The notes under the pieces: generated by a model | Told to the model about the DNA's origin: nothing | What the model saw: only the letters and a program-made list of their open reading frames with translations | Databases searched by the model: none | Shown: positions 48,978 through 59,000 of the stretch, piece after piece | How the letters are laid out: every line of letters begins with the position of its first letter | Numbering within the stretch: the first letter of the stretch is position 1 | Assembly: GCA_963422735.1 (NCBI GenBank) | Contig: OY730476.1 | Coordinates: forward strand, 3,648,001-3,712,000 | Length of the DNA stretch: 64,000 bases | Reading direction: 5' to 3' | Source of the DNA: Candidatus Latescibacterota bacterium | GTDB lineage: Bacteria; Latescibacterota; UBA2968; UBA8231 | Program-made: the position numbers and the translations under genes

Positions 48978-49628
48978 ATGGCCTCAGCATCCCTCTACCA
49001 CATCGTTCACAAGTCGCCCGACGCGCCCCCCGAGCGTGCGCCGCTGCTTCTGCTTTTGCACGGCTATGGTTCCAATGAGGAGGATCTGCTGGGCTTGGCG
49101 CCGCATTTGGATGCGCGGCTCCTTTGCGTCAGTGCCCGCGCACCCTACGCGCTCGACTTCGGCGGCTTTGCATGGTTTAATATCGAGATCGGCGCAGAGG
49201 GGGTGCGCTTTGATTTTGCCGAGGCCGAAGCGTCGCTAGTGCAAATCTTGTCCTTGGTGGAAGCGTTGCGGCGAGTGTACCGGCCCGCTCGCGTCTTCAT
49301 TGCGGGGTTCAGCCAAGGGGCTAGCATGGCCTTGGCGGCCGCGTTAAAGCGGCCTCGGGACTTTGCCGGGGCCATTGCATTGAGCGGGCTGTGCAGCCCG
49401 GAGATGCTGCCAGAGGATGCGGCGTCGGTGCGGGGCTTGCAGATCTTTATGTCGCACGGACGCTTTGATCCGGTCATCCCCATTGCCCAAGCCCGCGCCT
49501 CTAGAGATCTGCTGACTCCCCTCGGGTTGGACTTGCTGTACAAAGAATACGATATGCCCCACGCGATTGCCCAGCCGTGCTTAGAGGACTTAGACGCTTG
49601 GCTGCGGGCGCGATTGGACACCCTCTAA
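48978..49628 (+). CDS. Phospholipase/carboxylesterase (alpha/beta hydrolase)
   Basis: LLHGYGSN, GFSQGA nucleophile elbow, HGRFDPVIP, MPH. Confidence 0.92.
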   Translation: MASASLYHIVHKSPDAPPERAPLLLLLHGYGSNEEDLLGLAPHLDARLLCVSARAPYALDFGGFAWFNIEIGAEGVRFDFAEAEASLVQILSLVEALRRVYRPARVFIAGFSQGASMALAAALKRPRDFAGAIALSGLCSPEMLPEDAASVRGLQIFMSHGRFDPVIPIAQARASRDLLTPLGLDLLYKEYDMPHAIAQPCLEDLDAWLRARLDTL

Positions 49629-49633
49629 AAAAT

Positions 49634-50743
49634 TCAGGAAAGCAGGGACTCGACCCGCGCTGGCGTGAGCCGGTGGCCGAAAAGCGGCTGCGAGCGGGTT
49701 TGGGTCGAGTGCTGCCAAGTGGCGAAAAGTCCCCCGTCCGCTTCTGTCAGCACGGACACGTAGCGCGAGCAACCCGTGCCTTCCGGAGAGACGAAGAGCG
49801 GCTGGAGGTAGCTGAGGCGGTGGAGGCGCGGAAACTGGCGATTGAATCCATAGGCCAAGCCGCCCAATTCCTCGCAAGAGTATCCGCGCGGCCGGACGAC
49901 CCCTTTTGCATGCGCTTTGAGCGGGTGCATGGACTCGGCCCCGTCGTAGAAATAGAGCGAGAGCGAGGGCAAACAAGCGAACGCGCCCACCTTGGGCACA
50001 GGTAGGCGGCAGGTGACGCGCAAGGCAGCCACATCCCAGGTCGGGCCTCGGGGAAAGAAGTCGTGGCCGTGGCTCTCGCACGAATGAGCCGCGAGCACGC
50101 CGCGGCCCGAAGTGCTCGCAGACCAAGTGTAAGGATGGGCGCAATAGAACAGCAGAGACTGCCGGCCCATCCCGGCCGAGAGATTGGGGTCTTTGAGGTG
50201 CAGATAGGCTGGATCGTCGCTCGTCAGCAGCGGGGCAATCGACTCCTGTGGGTCGAGCCGGTCGATGGAGGTAGCGGCGAAGGCGTCGATGCTCCAGACG
50301 CCGGTGCCCGGCTTCTGAAAAGCAGCGACGGGCCGTGGGTAGAGGCGAACTTTCTCGGTGGAGACCAGCACTTGAACGCGACGCTTGTTCAGGCGCATAG
50401 CACTGCCCTCGATGCTGAGCACAGCCGACCCGCAGTAGAGGTCAGATTTGTCCCAAGTGCGAATCTCGACAAAGCTCCGTCCATTGTCCGTCGAGCGAAA
50501 AATGGCCAGGGCACGGCCACGGGGGCCGGCGGTCAGTCCGGTGCGGCTGTCGCCGGCGTCGCGGTAGCGGCCGATAAGCCAGAGACTGCCATCGCTGGGG
50601 TCGCGGACCGAATTGCCGCCGCCAAACCAGAAGCCATCGCAGTCCTTGGTCGGCTCGACGAGGCGTCGGCCGCGCTTTTGGTCGATGAGACGAGTGCCCA
50701 GTCGGATGAGTTTGCGTTCGAGCGCGAGGGGTAGCTTGTCCAT
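49634..50743 (-). CDS. Hypothetical protein with an Asp-box (BNR) repeat; possible glycosidase-like beta-propeller
   Basis: 369-aa ORF; GFWFGGGN, RSTDNGRSF Asp-box, KDP, RYVSV. Confidence 0.6.
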   Translation of the reverse strand: MDKLPLALERKLIRLGTRLIDQKRGRRLVEPTKDCDGFWFGGGNSVRDPSDGSLWLIGRYRDAGDSRTGLTAGPRGRALAIFRSTDNGRSFVEIRTWDKSDLYCGSAVLSIEGSAMRLNKRRVQVLVSTEKVRLYPRPVAAFQKPGTGVWSIDAFAATSIDRLDPQESIAPLLTSDDPAYLHLKDPNLSAGMGRQSLLFYCAHPYTWSASTSGRGVLAAHSCESHGHDFFPRGPTWDVAALRVTCRLPVPKVGAFACLPSLSLYFYDGAESMHPLKAHAKGVVRPRGYSCEELGGLAYGFNRQFPRLHRLSYLQPLFVSPEGTGCSRYVSVLTEADGGLFATWQHSTQTRSQPLFGHRLTPARVESLLS

Positions 50744-50758
50744 AGCAGATCTGCGCTA

Positions 50759-50788
50759 AGTATGACAAAAAAGCCACAGCAGTGTCAA
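50759..50788 (-). promoter_or_regulatory. Putative sigma70 promoter
   Basis: Minus strand TTGACA-N18-CATACT just upstream of ATG 50743. Confidence 0.4.
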
Positions 50789-50806
50789 GCAAATGACGCA
50801 TTGCCA

Positions 50807-51823
50807 TCAGGCCTGCCAACCGGCCAATTCTTGGCGGGCGATGGTTGCCATGGCGTCGAGCCAAGCCGGGTGGTCGTTGAGGCAGGGCACTAAGTGGAAC
50901 TGCTGACCGCCTCCGTAGGAGAATTGCTCGGCCCCTTCGCGGCCAATCTCGTCGAGCGTCTCAAGGCAGTCGGCGGTGAAGCCGGGGCAGATGGCGACTA
51001 AGCGCTGCACGCCCTGCCCCCCGAGGCGCGCTAGCACCTCCTCGGTATAAGGCTCTAGCCAAGGCTCTTTGCCGAAGCGCGATTGGAAGCCGCTGACCCA
51101 CTCGTCCTCTGCGAGGCTAAGCGCTGCGGCTAGCTGGCGCGCGGTTTCCTCGCACTGGCGGCGGTAGGGGTCGCCTTCATCGACGTAGCGCTGGGGAATG
51201 CCGTGGAAGGTGATTAGGTAGCGGTCGGGCGTCCAACTGAGGCGGGCGACCGCTTCGGCGACCGACTCTTTGAGCGCGTTGATGTACGCGGGGTGATCTG
51301 CGTAGGGCGGAGCGAAGCGCAGCGCGGGCATCTGGCGTTTGCGGTCGAAAAACCAAGGACAGCGCCGGCCCAGGGCAGCGCGGTTGACCGCGTCGTATAT
51401 CGAGCCGGTGGTGGCACAGGAAAACTGCGGGTACATGGGAAAGACGAGGATTCGCTCGACGCCTTCCTGCTCTAGGGACTGGACGGCGTGCGCGATGCTC
51501 GGCTCGCCGTAGCGCATGCCGAGCACGACCCGATACGCCGCGCCCAGCCGCTCTTGCAGACCGCGGGTCTGCGCTTGGGAATGGACCATGAGGGGCGAGC
51601 CTTCGTCGGTCCAGATATTGGCGTACAGAGCGGCCGAGCGCGCCGGTCGGCGGGTGAGGACAAACAGATAGAGAATGGGATACCACCTGAGCGGGTGGAG
51701 GTCAATGACGCGCGGATCGGCGAGAAATTGGCGTAGATAGGGCCGCAGGGCGCGGGCGGTGGGTGCTTGCGGTGTGCCGAGCTGGGCGACTAGGACGCCA
51801 ATTTTGGAGGAGCTAGCAGGCAT
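50807..51823 (-). CDS. hemH: Ferrochelatase
   Basis: QLGTP, FLADPRVI, SPL, MRYGEP, PMYPQFS, FHGIP, FQSRFG, PGFTADCLETLDEI, CLND. Confidence 0.96.
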   Translation of the reverse strand: MPASSSKIGVLVAQLGTPQAPTARALRPYLRQFLADPRVIDLHPLRWYPILYLFVLTRRPARSAALYANIWTDEGSPLMVHSQAQTRGLQERLGAAYRVVLGMRYGEPSIAHAVQSLEQEGVERILVFPMYPQFSCATTGSIYDAVNRAALGRRCPWFFDRKRQMPALRFAPPYADHPAYINALKESVAEAVARLSWTPDRYLITFHGIPQRYVDEGDPYRRQCEETARQLAAALSLAEDEWVSGFQSRFGKEPWLEPYTEEVLARLGGQGVQRLVAICPGFTADCLETLDEIGREGAEQFSYGGGQQFHLVPCLNDHPAWLDAMATIARQELAGWQA

Positions 51824-51865
51824 AAGCGAGCGTTTGCTGGAGGGTGTGCGGCGACTTACTTTTGA

Positions 51866-51929
51866 GAAGCTGTCTGCAAACCCTTGGCAGCCTTCGCTCG
51901 GGGCGCACTAGGAATTTCCAGACAGCTTC
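51866..51929. mobile_element. MITE-like element, copy 1 (IS5-like TIRs, 3-bp TSD TGA)
   Basis: TGA|GAAGCTGTCTGCAAA...TTTCCAGACAGCTTC|TGA; a related copy lies at 53175. Confidence 0.7.
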
Positions 51930-51979
51930 TGACAATATATCCGAGAACGCCGTCTTGAAAAGCCCGAAGGAGAGCAGAT

Positions 51980-52696
51980 ATGCGCAGCATTTTCGCAGGC
52001 ATTGAATACGCGGGGAAAAGTACGCTGGCCACCATGCTCGGGGAATACTATCGGCACCGCCGAGTCCCCATCCACGGCGACGATCACTTCACTCTCCCCG
52101 ACGCTTCGCTCAGCCCGGAGTCGCGCAAGATCTTGGTCGGCCTGCCCAACGACATGAAGGAGCGCGGACAGCGGATGCAGATCCACTACCACGTGGACAT
52201 TATCAAAAAGTACGCCTGTCCGCTGATCGTTGGCTGGCATCTAGAAGAGGCCGTGTACACTCGCTTTTACGGCGACGACTCGGATAGCTTCTACTACCCG
52301 AACTTCCACTACGGCTTCCAGCGGCTCTACGAATCGTTGGTGCTCGAGGCCCATCTGCCCGATGTGGTGCTATTCCACGTGACGGCCTCCGACGAGGAGA
52401 TCGCTCGGCGAATGCAGGACAGCCCGCACGAATATCCGGTTGTGCGCCAAGAACATGTTGCCGAGGTCAAAGTGCGCTTTGAGGAAGAGATCGCCGCGTC
52501 GCTGTTTACCCACCAGAACCGCACAATCGTCTTAGACACCACCGGCAAGACGCCCGAGGAGTCGTTCGACGAGTTGCTTTTGGCGTCTGAGCCGCTGGTG
52601 ACAATGGGCGAATTGGCCGTGCGAGCCATGGAAGTGCCGGAGGGCGAGTACGAAGTGGTGTACGAACGCGGCGTGCGCAAGATGGTGTCCAAGTAG
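51980..52696 (+). CDS. Hypothetical P-loop protein (nucleoside monophosphate kinase-like)
   Basis: N-terminal IFAGIEYAGKST Walker A; LFHVTASDEEIARRM lid-like segment; LDTTGKTPEE. Confidence 0.6.
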   Translation: MRSIFAGIEYAGKSTLATMLGEYYRHRRVPIHGDDHFTLPDASLSPESRKILVGLPNDMKERGQRMQIHYHVDIIKKYACPLIVGWHLEEAVYTRFYGDDSDSFYYPNFHYGFQRLYESLVLEAHLPDVVLFHVTASDEEIARRMQDSPHEYPVVRQEHVAEVKVRFEEEIAASLFTHQNRTIVLDTTGKTPEESFDELLLASEPLVTMGELAVRAMEVPEGEYEVVYERGVRKMVSK

Positions 52697-52788
52697 CGGA
52701 TTTTGCTCTTGCGCTGATTCCGTTGAACCTTTTTTGTTTTGGCAGTCGTCTATCTGCGTATGACCCGTGGCCAAGCGACCCATTGATA

Positions 52789-53148
52789 ATGAAAAGCCTT
52801 CGCCCCGTAACCACGTCTTTGGTCCTGCTGCTGGCTCTCGCCTGTAGCGGCTTGCAGGTTCTCTGTGCTCCATGTGTAGCAGAGGCCGCCCCTATGCCCT
52901 GCCACGTCGCCAATGCTTGCGGCGACGAGGGCCTGCAAGCGAGTTGTTGCTGTCTGCGCGCCAAAGCCAACAGTGCATCCCCTCAGTTCGTTCTCACTGC
53001 CGAGCAGCCGTCCATCCCAATGCCCGTGGTCGGCATGGCTGCGGCCGTCCCTACGCTGTCTCGTTCGTCTGCGCTGCGGTCGCTGCCCAACCGCGTCCCT
53101 CAACCACATCCCCCGCTCTTCCAACTCTACTGTTCCTTCCTGATCTAA
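52789..53148 (+). CDS. Cys-rich exported leader-like protein upstream of the metal efflux operon
   Basis: Signal peptide; CxxC, MPCH and CCC motifs; Pro-rich C-terminus PQPHPPLFQLYCSFLI. Confidence 0.65.
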   Translation: MKSLRPVTTSLVLLLALACSGLQVLCAPCVAEAAPMPCHVANACGDEGLQASCCCLRAKANSASPQFVLTAEQPSIPMPVVGMAAAVPTLSRSSALRSLPNRVPQPHPPLFQLYCSFLI

Positions 53149-53174
53149 TCCTCGCCGCACCGAGTTCGTTCTAA

Positions 53175-53236
53175 GAAACTGTCTGAAACCCCTATCGACC
53201 GCGCTTAGGGCACCCCCGGAATTTCCAGACAGCTTC
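53175..53236. mobile_element. MITE-like element, copy 2 (3-bp TSD TAA)
   Basis: TAA|GAAACTGTCTGAAAC...GGAATTTCCAGACAGCTTC|TAA; right end identical to copy 1 over 19 bp. Confidence 0.7.
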
Positions 53237-53301
53237 TAAGTCTCACACCCAACTTGCAAGGGCCTGTACGCGCATCTCGGGCCGCCGCGAGGAGTATTTG
53301 C

Positions 53302-54570
53302 ATGTACAAAAATGGAAAGGCTCTGCTGCTAGCTGGGCTGCTCGCAGGACCGGTCTGGTCGCAGGAAGAAGCAGCACTCGATCCTCGCGCCGAGCTCGCG
53401 GAGTACGCGCGCTACGCCGAACGGCACAACCCCAAGCTCAAGCAGGCTTTGGCGCGCTATCAAGCAGCCCTAGCAAAGGTGGCCCCAGCACGCGCTTGGG
53501 CCGACCCCCGCCTGACCTACGGCTATTTCGCGCGTCCGGTGGAGACGCGCACCGGCCCGCAGGAAATGCGCTTTAGCGCGGCGCAAACCTTCCCTTGGAA
53601 GGGCAAGTTGGATCTCAAGGGACAGATCGCCCAGCAAGAGGCCGAAGTCGAGGGCCAGCACTATGAGGCCGTGCGGCGATCGCTGATCTTCGAGGTCAAG
53701 GCCGCGTACTACGACTGCTACTTTTTGCAGCGAGCCATCGCCGTCACCGAGAGCAACTTGCGCCTGTTGGGCCATCTAGAAGAAGTAGGCCGCACCCGCT
53801 ATCGCGGCGGCACCGGGGAGTACGCTGCCGTACTCAAGGCGCAGGTGGAATTGGGCCGCTTAGAGGACCAGCTACGCAGCCTGCGTCAGCAGCGGCGGCC
53901 AGCCACGGCCCGATTAAATGCTGCCCTCGGCCGCACGGCGACCGCGCCGATAGCCGTGCCCGATTCGCTGCCTATGGCCGCGTCGGACCTAGACGAGGAA
54001 GTGCTAAAGGCGCGCTTGCAGGCCGCGAATCCAACGCTGCACGTGCGACGAGCGCAAGCGCGGGCGCAGTCCCTAGGCGTCGAGTTGGCCGGCAAGCGGT
54101 TTTACCCGGACCTGACCGTGAGCCTCGATTACATCCACATTGGTGGGGGCCGCGGCGAGAATCCGCTGATGGCCATGGCCACGCTCAACCTGCCCTTGTG
54201 GCGCTCGTCCTACGAGGCCGGAAAACGCACGGCCAAGCTAAGCTATCAGGCCGCCTTGCAGGGCGTTGCGGACGAGGAGAATAGGCTCGTTGCCAAGCTG
54301 GAGCTAGCCTTGTACAAACGACGCGATGCCCAAAGCCGCAGCGCCCTCTATCGAGACGGCCTGCTGCCCAAGGCCGAACAGATGCTCAACGTAACTCAAC
54401 GCGCCTTTGCCGCCGACCGCAGCGATTTTCTCGCGGTCATCGACGCCCAACGCACCCTGCTAGAGTTCCAGCTAGCGTACGAACGCGCACGCACCGACCA
54501 AGCCCTGCATTGGGCCGAGATTGAAAAGCTGGTCGGCGAACCCGCAACCACCGAGGAAATCCAACGATGA
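53302..54570 (+). CDS. TolC-family outer-membrane efflux factor (CusC-like)
   Basis: HNPKL, DPRL, QTFPWKGKL, KRFYPDL, NLPLW, DFLAVIDAQR; GAGGAG RBS. Confidence 0.9.
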   Translation: MYKNGKALLLAGLLAGPVWSQEEAALDPRAELAEYARYAERHNPKLKQALARYQAALAKVAPARAWADPRLTYGYFARPVETRTGPQEMRFSAAQTFPWKGKLDLKGQIAQQEAEVEGQHYEAVRRSLIFEVKAAYYDCYFLQRAIAVTESNLRLLGHLEEVGRTRYRGGTGEYAAVLKAQVELGRLEDQLRSLRQQRRPATARLNAALGRTATAPIAVPDSLPMAASDLDEEVLKARLQAANPTLHVRRAQARAQSLGVELAGKRFYPDLTVSLDYIHIGGGRGENPLMAMATLNLPLWRSSYEAGKRTAKLSYQAALQGVADEENRLVAKLELALYKRRDAQSRSALYRDGLLPKAEQMLNVTQRAFAADRSDFLAVIDAQRTLLEFQLAYERARTDQALHWAEIEKLVGEPATTEEIQR

Positions 54571-56042
54571 AAGCAACAAAGCAAATCATAGCTACCGGCA
54601 TTGTGGCGGGGATCGTCGGCTTGGCCGTGGGCTGGGGTTTGGGCGGCTCGGACAGCGGTCGCGCACCCTTTGCCGTTGCCGAGCAGGCCGAAACGTGGAC
54701 CTGCTCGATGCACCCGCAGATCCGCCAGCCTAGTCCGGGCCAGTGCCCAATCTGCGGGATGGATCTAATCCCGGTGGCCGCACCCGTTGTAGGCGACTCC
54801 TTGGGTCCGCGCCAGTTGCGCCTCTCGCTGGCCGCGCAGGAGCTTGCCAGCATCCAGACCGCGCCGGTTGAGCGCCGCTTCGCACCGGTCGAGACGCGGA
54901 TGGTTGGCAAGATCGCAGTAGATGAGACGCAAGTCCGCTCCATCACCGCTTGGGTAGCGGGCCGGATTGACCGGCTGTACGTGGACTATACCGGCGTGCG
55001 GGTCGAAGAGGGCGACCACATAGCCTATCTCTACAGCCCCGAGCTGTTGACCGCCCAAGAGGAACTGATCCAAGCTCTGCGCGCCCGCGAGCGATTGGTT
55101 GACAGCGGCGCGTCGGTTGGGCAGACGGCGCTGGTCGCAGCCGCGCGCGAAAAGCTGCGCCTGCTCGGGCTAAAAGAGGAGCAAATCGAGCGCGTCGAAC
55201 GCAAGCGCCAAGCCTCCGACCACCTGACGATCTATGCGCCAACTGGCGGTGTGGTGATAGAAAAGCACCTCAGCGAGGGCGCGTACGTGCAGACCGGGAC
55301 GCCGATTTACACCATCGCGGACTTGTCTCGGCTGTGGCTAGATCTCCGAGCCTACGAGTCGGACTTGTCTTGGATCCACTACGGTCAGGCCGTCGAATTC
55401 TCGGCCGAGGCCTATCCGGGCGAGGTGTTCAGCGGCCAAATATCCTTCGTCGATCCATTGCTCGATGAGCGCACACGCACGGTACGCGTGCGGGTCAACG
55501 TGGCAAATGAGCAAGGTCGGCTGAAGCCGGGGATGCTGGTGTGGGCCGTGGCCCAAGCCGAGGTAGGGGCCAACGGGCGCGCCATATCCCCCGCGCTCCT
55601 CGGCAAGTGGATCAGCCCGATGCATCCAGAGATCGTCCGCGACGCGCCCGGCACCTGCGACATTTGCGGCATGGCCCTAGTGCGCGCTGAAGAGTTGGGC
55701 TATGGCGCGGGCGACGCGCCCGGGCGCGAGATGCCGCTAGTGGTGCTGGCTTCAGCACCGCTACTGACGGGCAAACGCGCCGTGGTGTACGTCGCGCTCG
55801 GCGAGGGCCTGTACGAGGGCCGCGAGATCGTGCTCGGGCCGCGGGCAGGGGATTACTACTTAGTCCGCAAGGGACTGCGCGAGGGGGAGGAAGTAGTGGT
55901 CAATGGCGCGTTTAAAATCGACAGTGCTCTCCAGATACGCGCTCAGCCCAGCGCGATGTACCCAGCAGGCGGTGCGTCGGCGCATGGTGTGGGTAGTGCG
56001 TCCGCATCCTCTGCGTCTGAGCACCGCCACGGAGGTCACTGA
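54567..56042 (+). CDS. cusB: CusB-family RND periplasmic adaptor with two heavy-metal-binding domains
   Basis: WTCSMHPQI...CPICGMDL and SPMHPEI...CDICGMAL; YSPELLTAQEE; LKPGM; His-rich tail. Confidence 0.88.
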   Translation: MKATKQIIATGIVAGIVGLAVGWGLGGSDSGRAPFAVAEQAETWTCSMHPQIRQPSPGQCPICGMDLIPVAAPVVGDSLGPRQLRLSLAAQELASIQTAPVERRFAPVETRMVGKIAVDETQVRSITAWVAGRIDRLYVDYTGVRVEEGDHIAYLYSPELLTAQEELIQALRARERLVDSGASVGQTALVAAAREKLRLLGLKEEQIERVERKRQASDHLTIYAPTGGVVIEKHLSEGAYVQTGTPIYTIADLSRLWLDLRAYESDLSWIHYGQAVEFSAEAYPGEVFSGQISFVDPLLDERTRTVRVRVNVANEQGRLKPGMLVWAVAQAEVGANGRAISPALLGKWISPMHPEIVRDAPGTCDICGMALVRAEELGYGAGDAPGREMPLVVLASAPLLTGKRAVVYVALGEGLYEGREIVLGPRAGDYYLVRKGLREGEEVVVNGAFKIDSALQIRAQPSAMYPAGGASAHGVGSASASSASEHRHGGH

Positions 56043-59000
56043 TGGAGGGGCAAAACTCGCTACTTGCCCGCGTGGTGCGCTTCTTTCTCACGCGCAAGCT
56101 GGTCGCTGCACTCATGTTGGCCGGCCTCGTGGTGTGGGGCCTTGCGGTCGCTCCCTTTGCTTGGGAGTTGGCTTGGCTGCCGCGCGACCCCGTGCCCGTA
56201 GATGCGATCCCAGACATCGGCGAGAACCAGCAGATCGTCTTCAGCGAGTGGCCGGGTCGCTCGCCGCAAGATGTGGAAGATCAGGTGACCTATCCGCTGA
56301 CCACGGCGCTTTTGGGCGTGCCGGGCGTCGAGACGATCCGCAGTTTCTCGATGTTCGGCTTTTCGAACATCTATGTGATTTTTGCCGAAGGAGTCGATTT
56401 CTATTGGTCGCGCTCCCGCATCCTCGAAAAGCTCAATAGTCTGCCTACCGGCCTCCTGCCCGAGGGCGTACAGCCGGCCTTGGGGCCGGACGCAACGGCC
56501 TTGGGGCAGGTATTCTGGTACACGTTGGAAGGCCGCGACGAACAGGGCGCACCCGCCGGCGGCTGGGACCTGCACGAGTTGCGCCGCATTCAGGACTGGC
56601 AGGTGCGCTATGCCCTATTGGCTGCCCACGGCGTCAGCGAGGTGGCCTCGGTGGGCGGCTTCGTGCAGGAATACCAAATCGACGTCAACCCAGACGCGTT
56701 GCGCGCCTATGGAGTGCGGCTCGACGAGGTCTTCCACGCGGTCCGCATGTCCAACCGGGACGTGGGTGCGCGCACCGTAGAGCTGAATCGAGTCGAGTAC
56801 ATCATTCGCGGCATCGGCTTTGTCAAAGGATTGGCCGACCTTGAAAACGCGGTCATTAAGGCGCGGGACAATGTCCCGATTTACGTCAAAAACGTCGCGC
56901 AGGTCGCGCTGGGTCCGGCGGCGCGGCGCGGCGCGTTGGACAAGGAAGGTGCGGAGGTAGTCGGCGGCGTGGTGGTGGCGCGCTTCGGTGCCAATCCCCT
57001 AGCAGCTATTGAAAGCGTCAAAGCCAAGATCGCGGAAATCGCCCCGAGCCTGCCCAAGAAAACCTTGCCCGACGGGCGGGTCAGCCAAGTGCAGGTGATC
57101 CCTTTTTACGACCGCTCCGGGCTGATCGAGGAGACGCTGGGCACGCTGGAGCGCGCTCTGAGCGAGGAGGTACTGGTAACGGTGATCGTGGTGCTGGCGC
57201 TGGTGATGAACCTGCGCGGGGCCGCGCTGGTCTCCGGGCTGTTGCCGCTGGCCGTGCTCGCCTGCTTCGCCGCCATGAAGGTCTTTGGCATTGACGCCAA
57301 CATAGTCGCCCTCTCCGGCATTGCCATCGCCATCGGCACCATGGTCGATATGGGCATCGTCATCAGCGAGAACATTCTCAAGCACTTAGAGGATGCAGAC
57401 GCAGAGGACGACCGCTTGGAAGTGATTTTCTGCGCCACGCGCGAAGTCGGCGGTGCCGTGCTGACGGCCGTGCTCACCACGGTAGTGGGCTTTTTGCCCG
57501 TTTTCGCCATGGAAGGGGCCGAGGGCAAGCTCTTCGCGCCGCTGGCCTTTACTAAGACCTTTGCGCTGTTAGCCGCTGTGTGGCTGTCGCTGACAGCCTT
57601 GCCAGCCTTGGCACACTGTATGTTTGCAACGCGACTGCGGCGACCCGGCCTTTGGGCGGCCTGTGGCCTCGGAGTGGCCCTCGTTTTGTCGTGGTGGATC
57701 GGCCTGCTGCTGATAGCCATTGGGACGCATCACCTGCTCGCCGCCCGCGTACCGGAGGGGGTGCGCTTGTGGGTGGCGCGGGGTGCGGTGGCCGTTGTAG
57801 CCATCGGGGTCGTTGCCGTGCTGGCGGAACACTGGTTGCCCTTAGGCCCGGAAAAGGGCGGATGGCGCAATTTTCTCTTCGCCGCTGGATTGATCGGCGG
57901 CCTGTTGGCGCTTTTTCGCGTCTTGCAACATGTATTCCCCCGCGTACTCGGGTGGTGTCTGGATCACAAGGGCTTGGCTCTGCTTTTCCCCTTGTTGCTG
58001 ACGCTGGCCGGCGCGTCCGCGTGGCTGGGTTTTGCCCGCGTCTTCGGCTTTGTGCCGCCCGCCCTGCGCAACACCGCGTCCTTTGCCGCCCTCGCCGAGG
58101 CCCTGCCCGGATTGGGCAAGGAGTTTATGCCGCCTCTCGACGAAGGTTCCTTCCTGTGGATGCCGACGACCATGCCCCATGCCTCCATCGGCGAGGTGCT
58201 CGATGTCCTGCAGAAACAGAACGCGGCCATTTCGCAGATACCAGAAGTGGAGTCCGCAGTGGGGAAGCTGGGACGGGCGGAGACTCCGCTGGACCCCGCG
58301 CCGATTTCCATGATTGAGACCGTGATCAGCTATCGGGCGGAATACCTCACCGACGAGGCTGGCCGCCGCCTATTGTTCGCTTTTGACGAGCGCACCACGG
58401 ACCTTTTCCGCAACCCCGATGGTACGCCCTCGTCCGCTCCCGATGGCGTGCCCTACAAGGTGCTGGGCCACTATCTCCGCGACGCAGCCGGCCGCCTCGT
58501 GCCCGACGTGCAGGGGCGGCCTTTTCGCTTGTGGCGTCCGCCCTTAGATACCGCGCTCAACCCGGGGCGCGTCGCTTGGCCGGGAATACAGGGCCCCGAC
58601 GATATATGGGCGGAGATCACTCGGGCCGGCCAGATCCCCGGCTCTACTTCGGCACCCAAGTTACAGCCGATTGCCGCCCGGCTCGTCATGTTGCAAAGCG
58701 GGATGCGCGCCCCCATGGGCATTGAGATCAAAGGCCCTAATTTGGAGGCCATCGAGCGCGCCGGCTTGGAGATAGAGCGCTTGCTCAAGGAAGTGCCCGC
58801 GGTCGAGTCGGCGACCGTCAACGCCGACCGCATCGTCGGCAAGCCCTACTTGGAGATCCACATCGACCGCGAGGCCATTGCCCGCCACGGCATCGCCCTG
58901 CAAGAGGTACAGGACGCAATTGAGATCGCCATCGGGGGCAAGCAGGTCACGACCACGGTGGAAGGCCGGGAGCGCTATCCCGTGCGGGTGCGCTACATGC

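Noticed and set aside
51866-53236. Composite transposon carrying the kinase-like and leader ORFs
   Set aside because: Each MITE has its own distinct TSD (TGA versus TAA), and the leader ORF belongs functionally with cusCBA.
58330-58600. Insertion in the CusA periplasmic domain as an intein or mobile element
   Set aside because: No intein C/S...HN termini and no repeats; loop insertions are common in long CusA variants.
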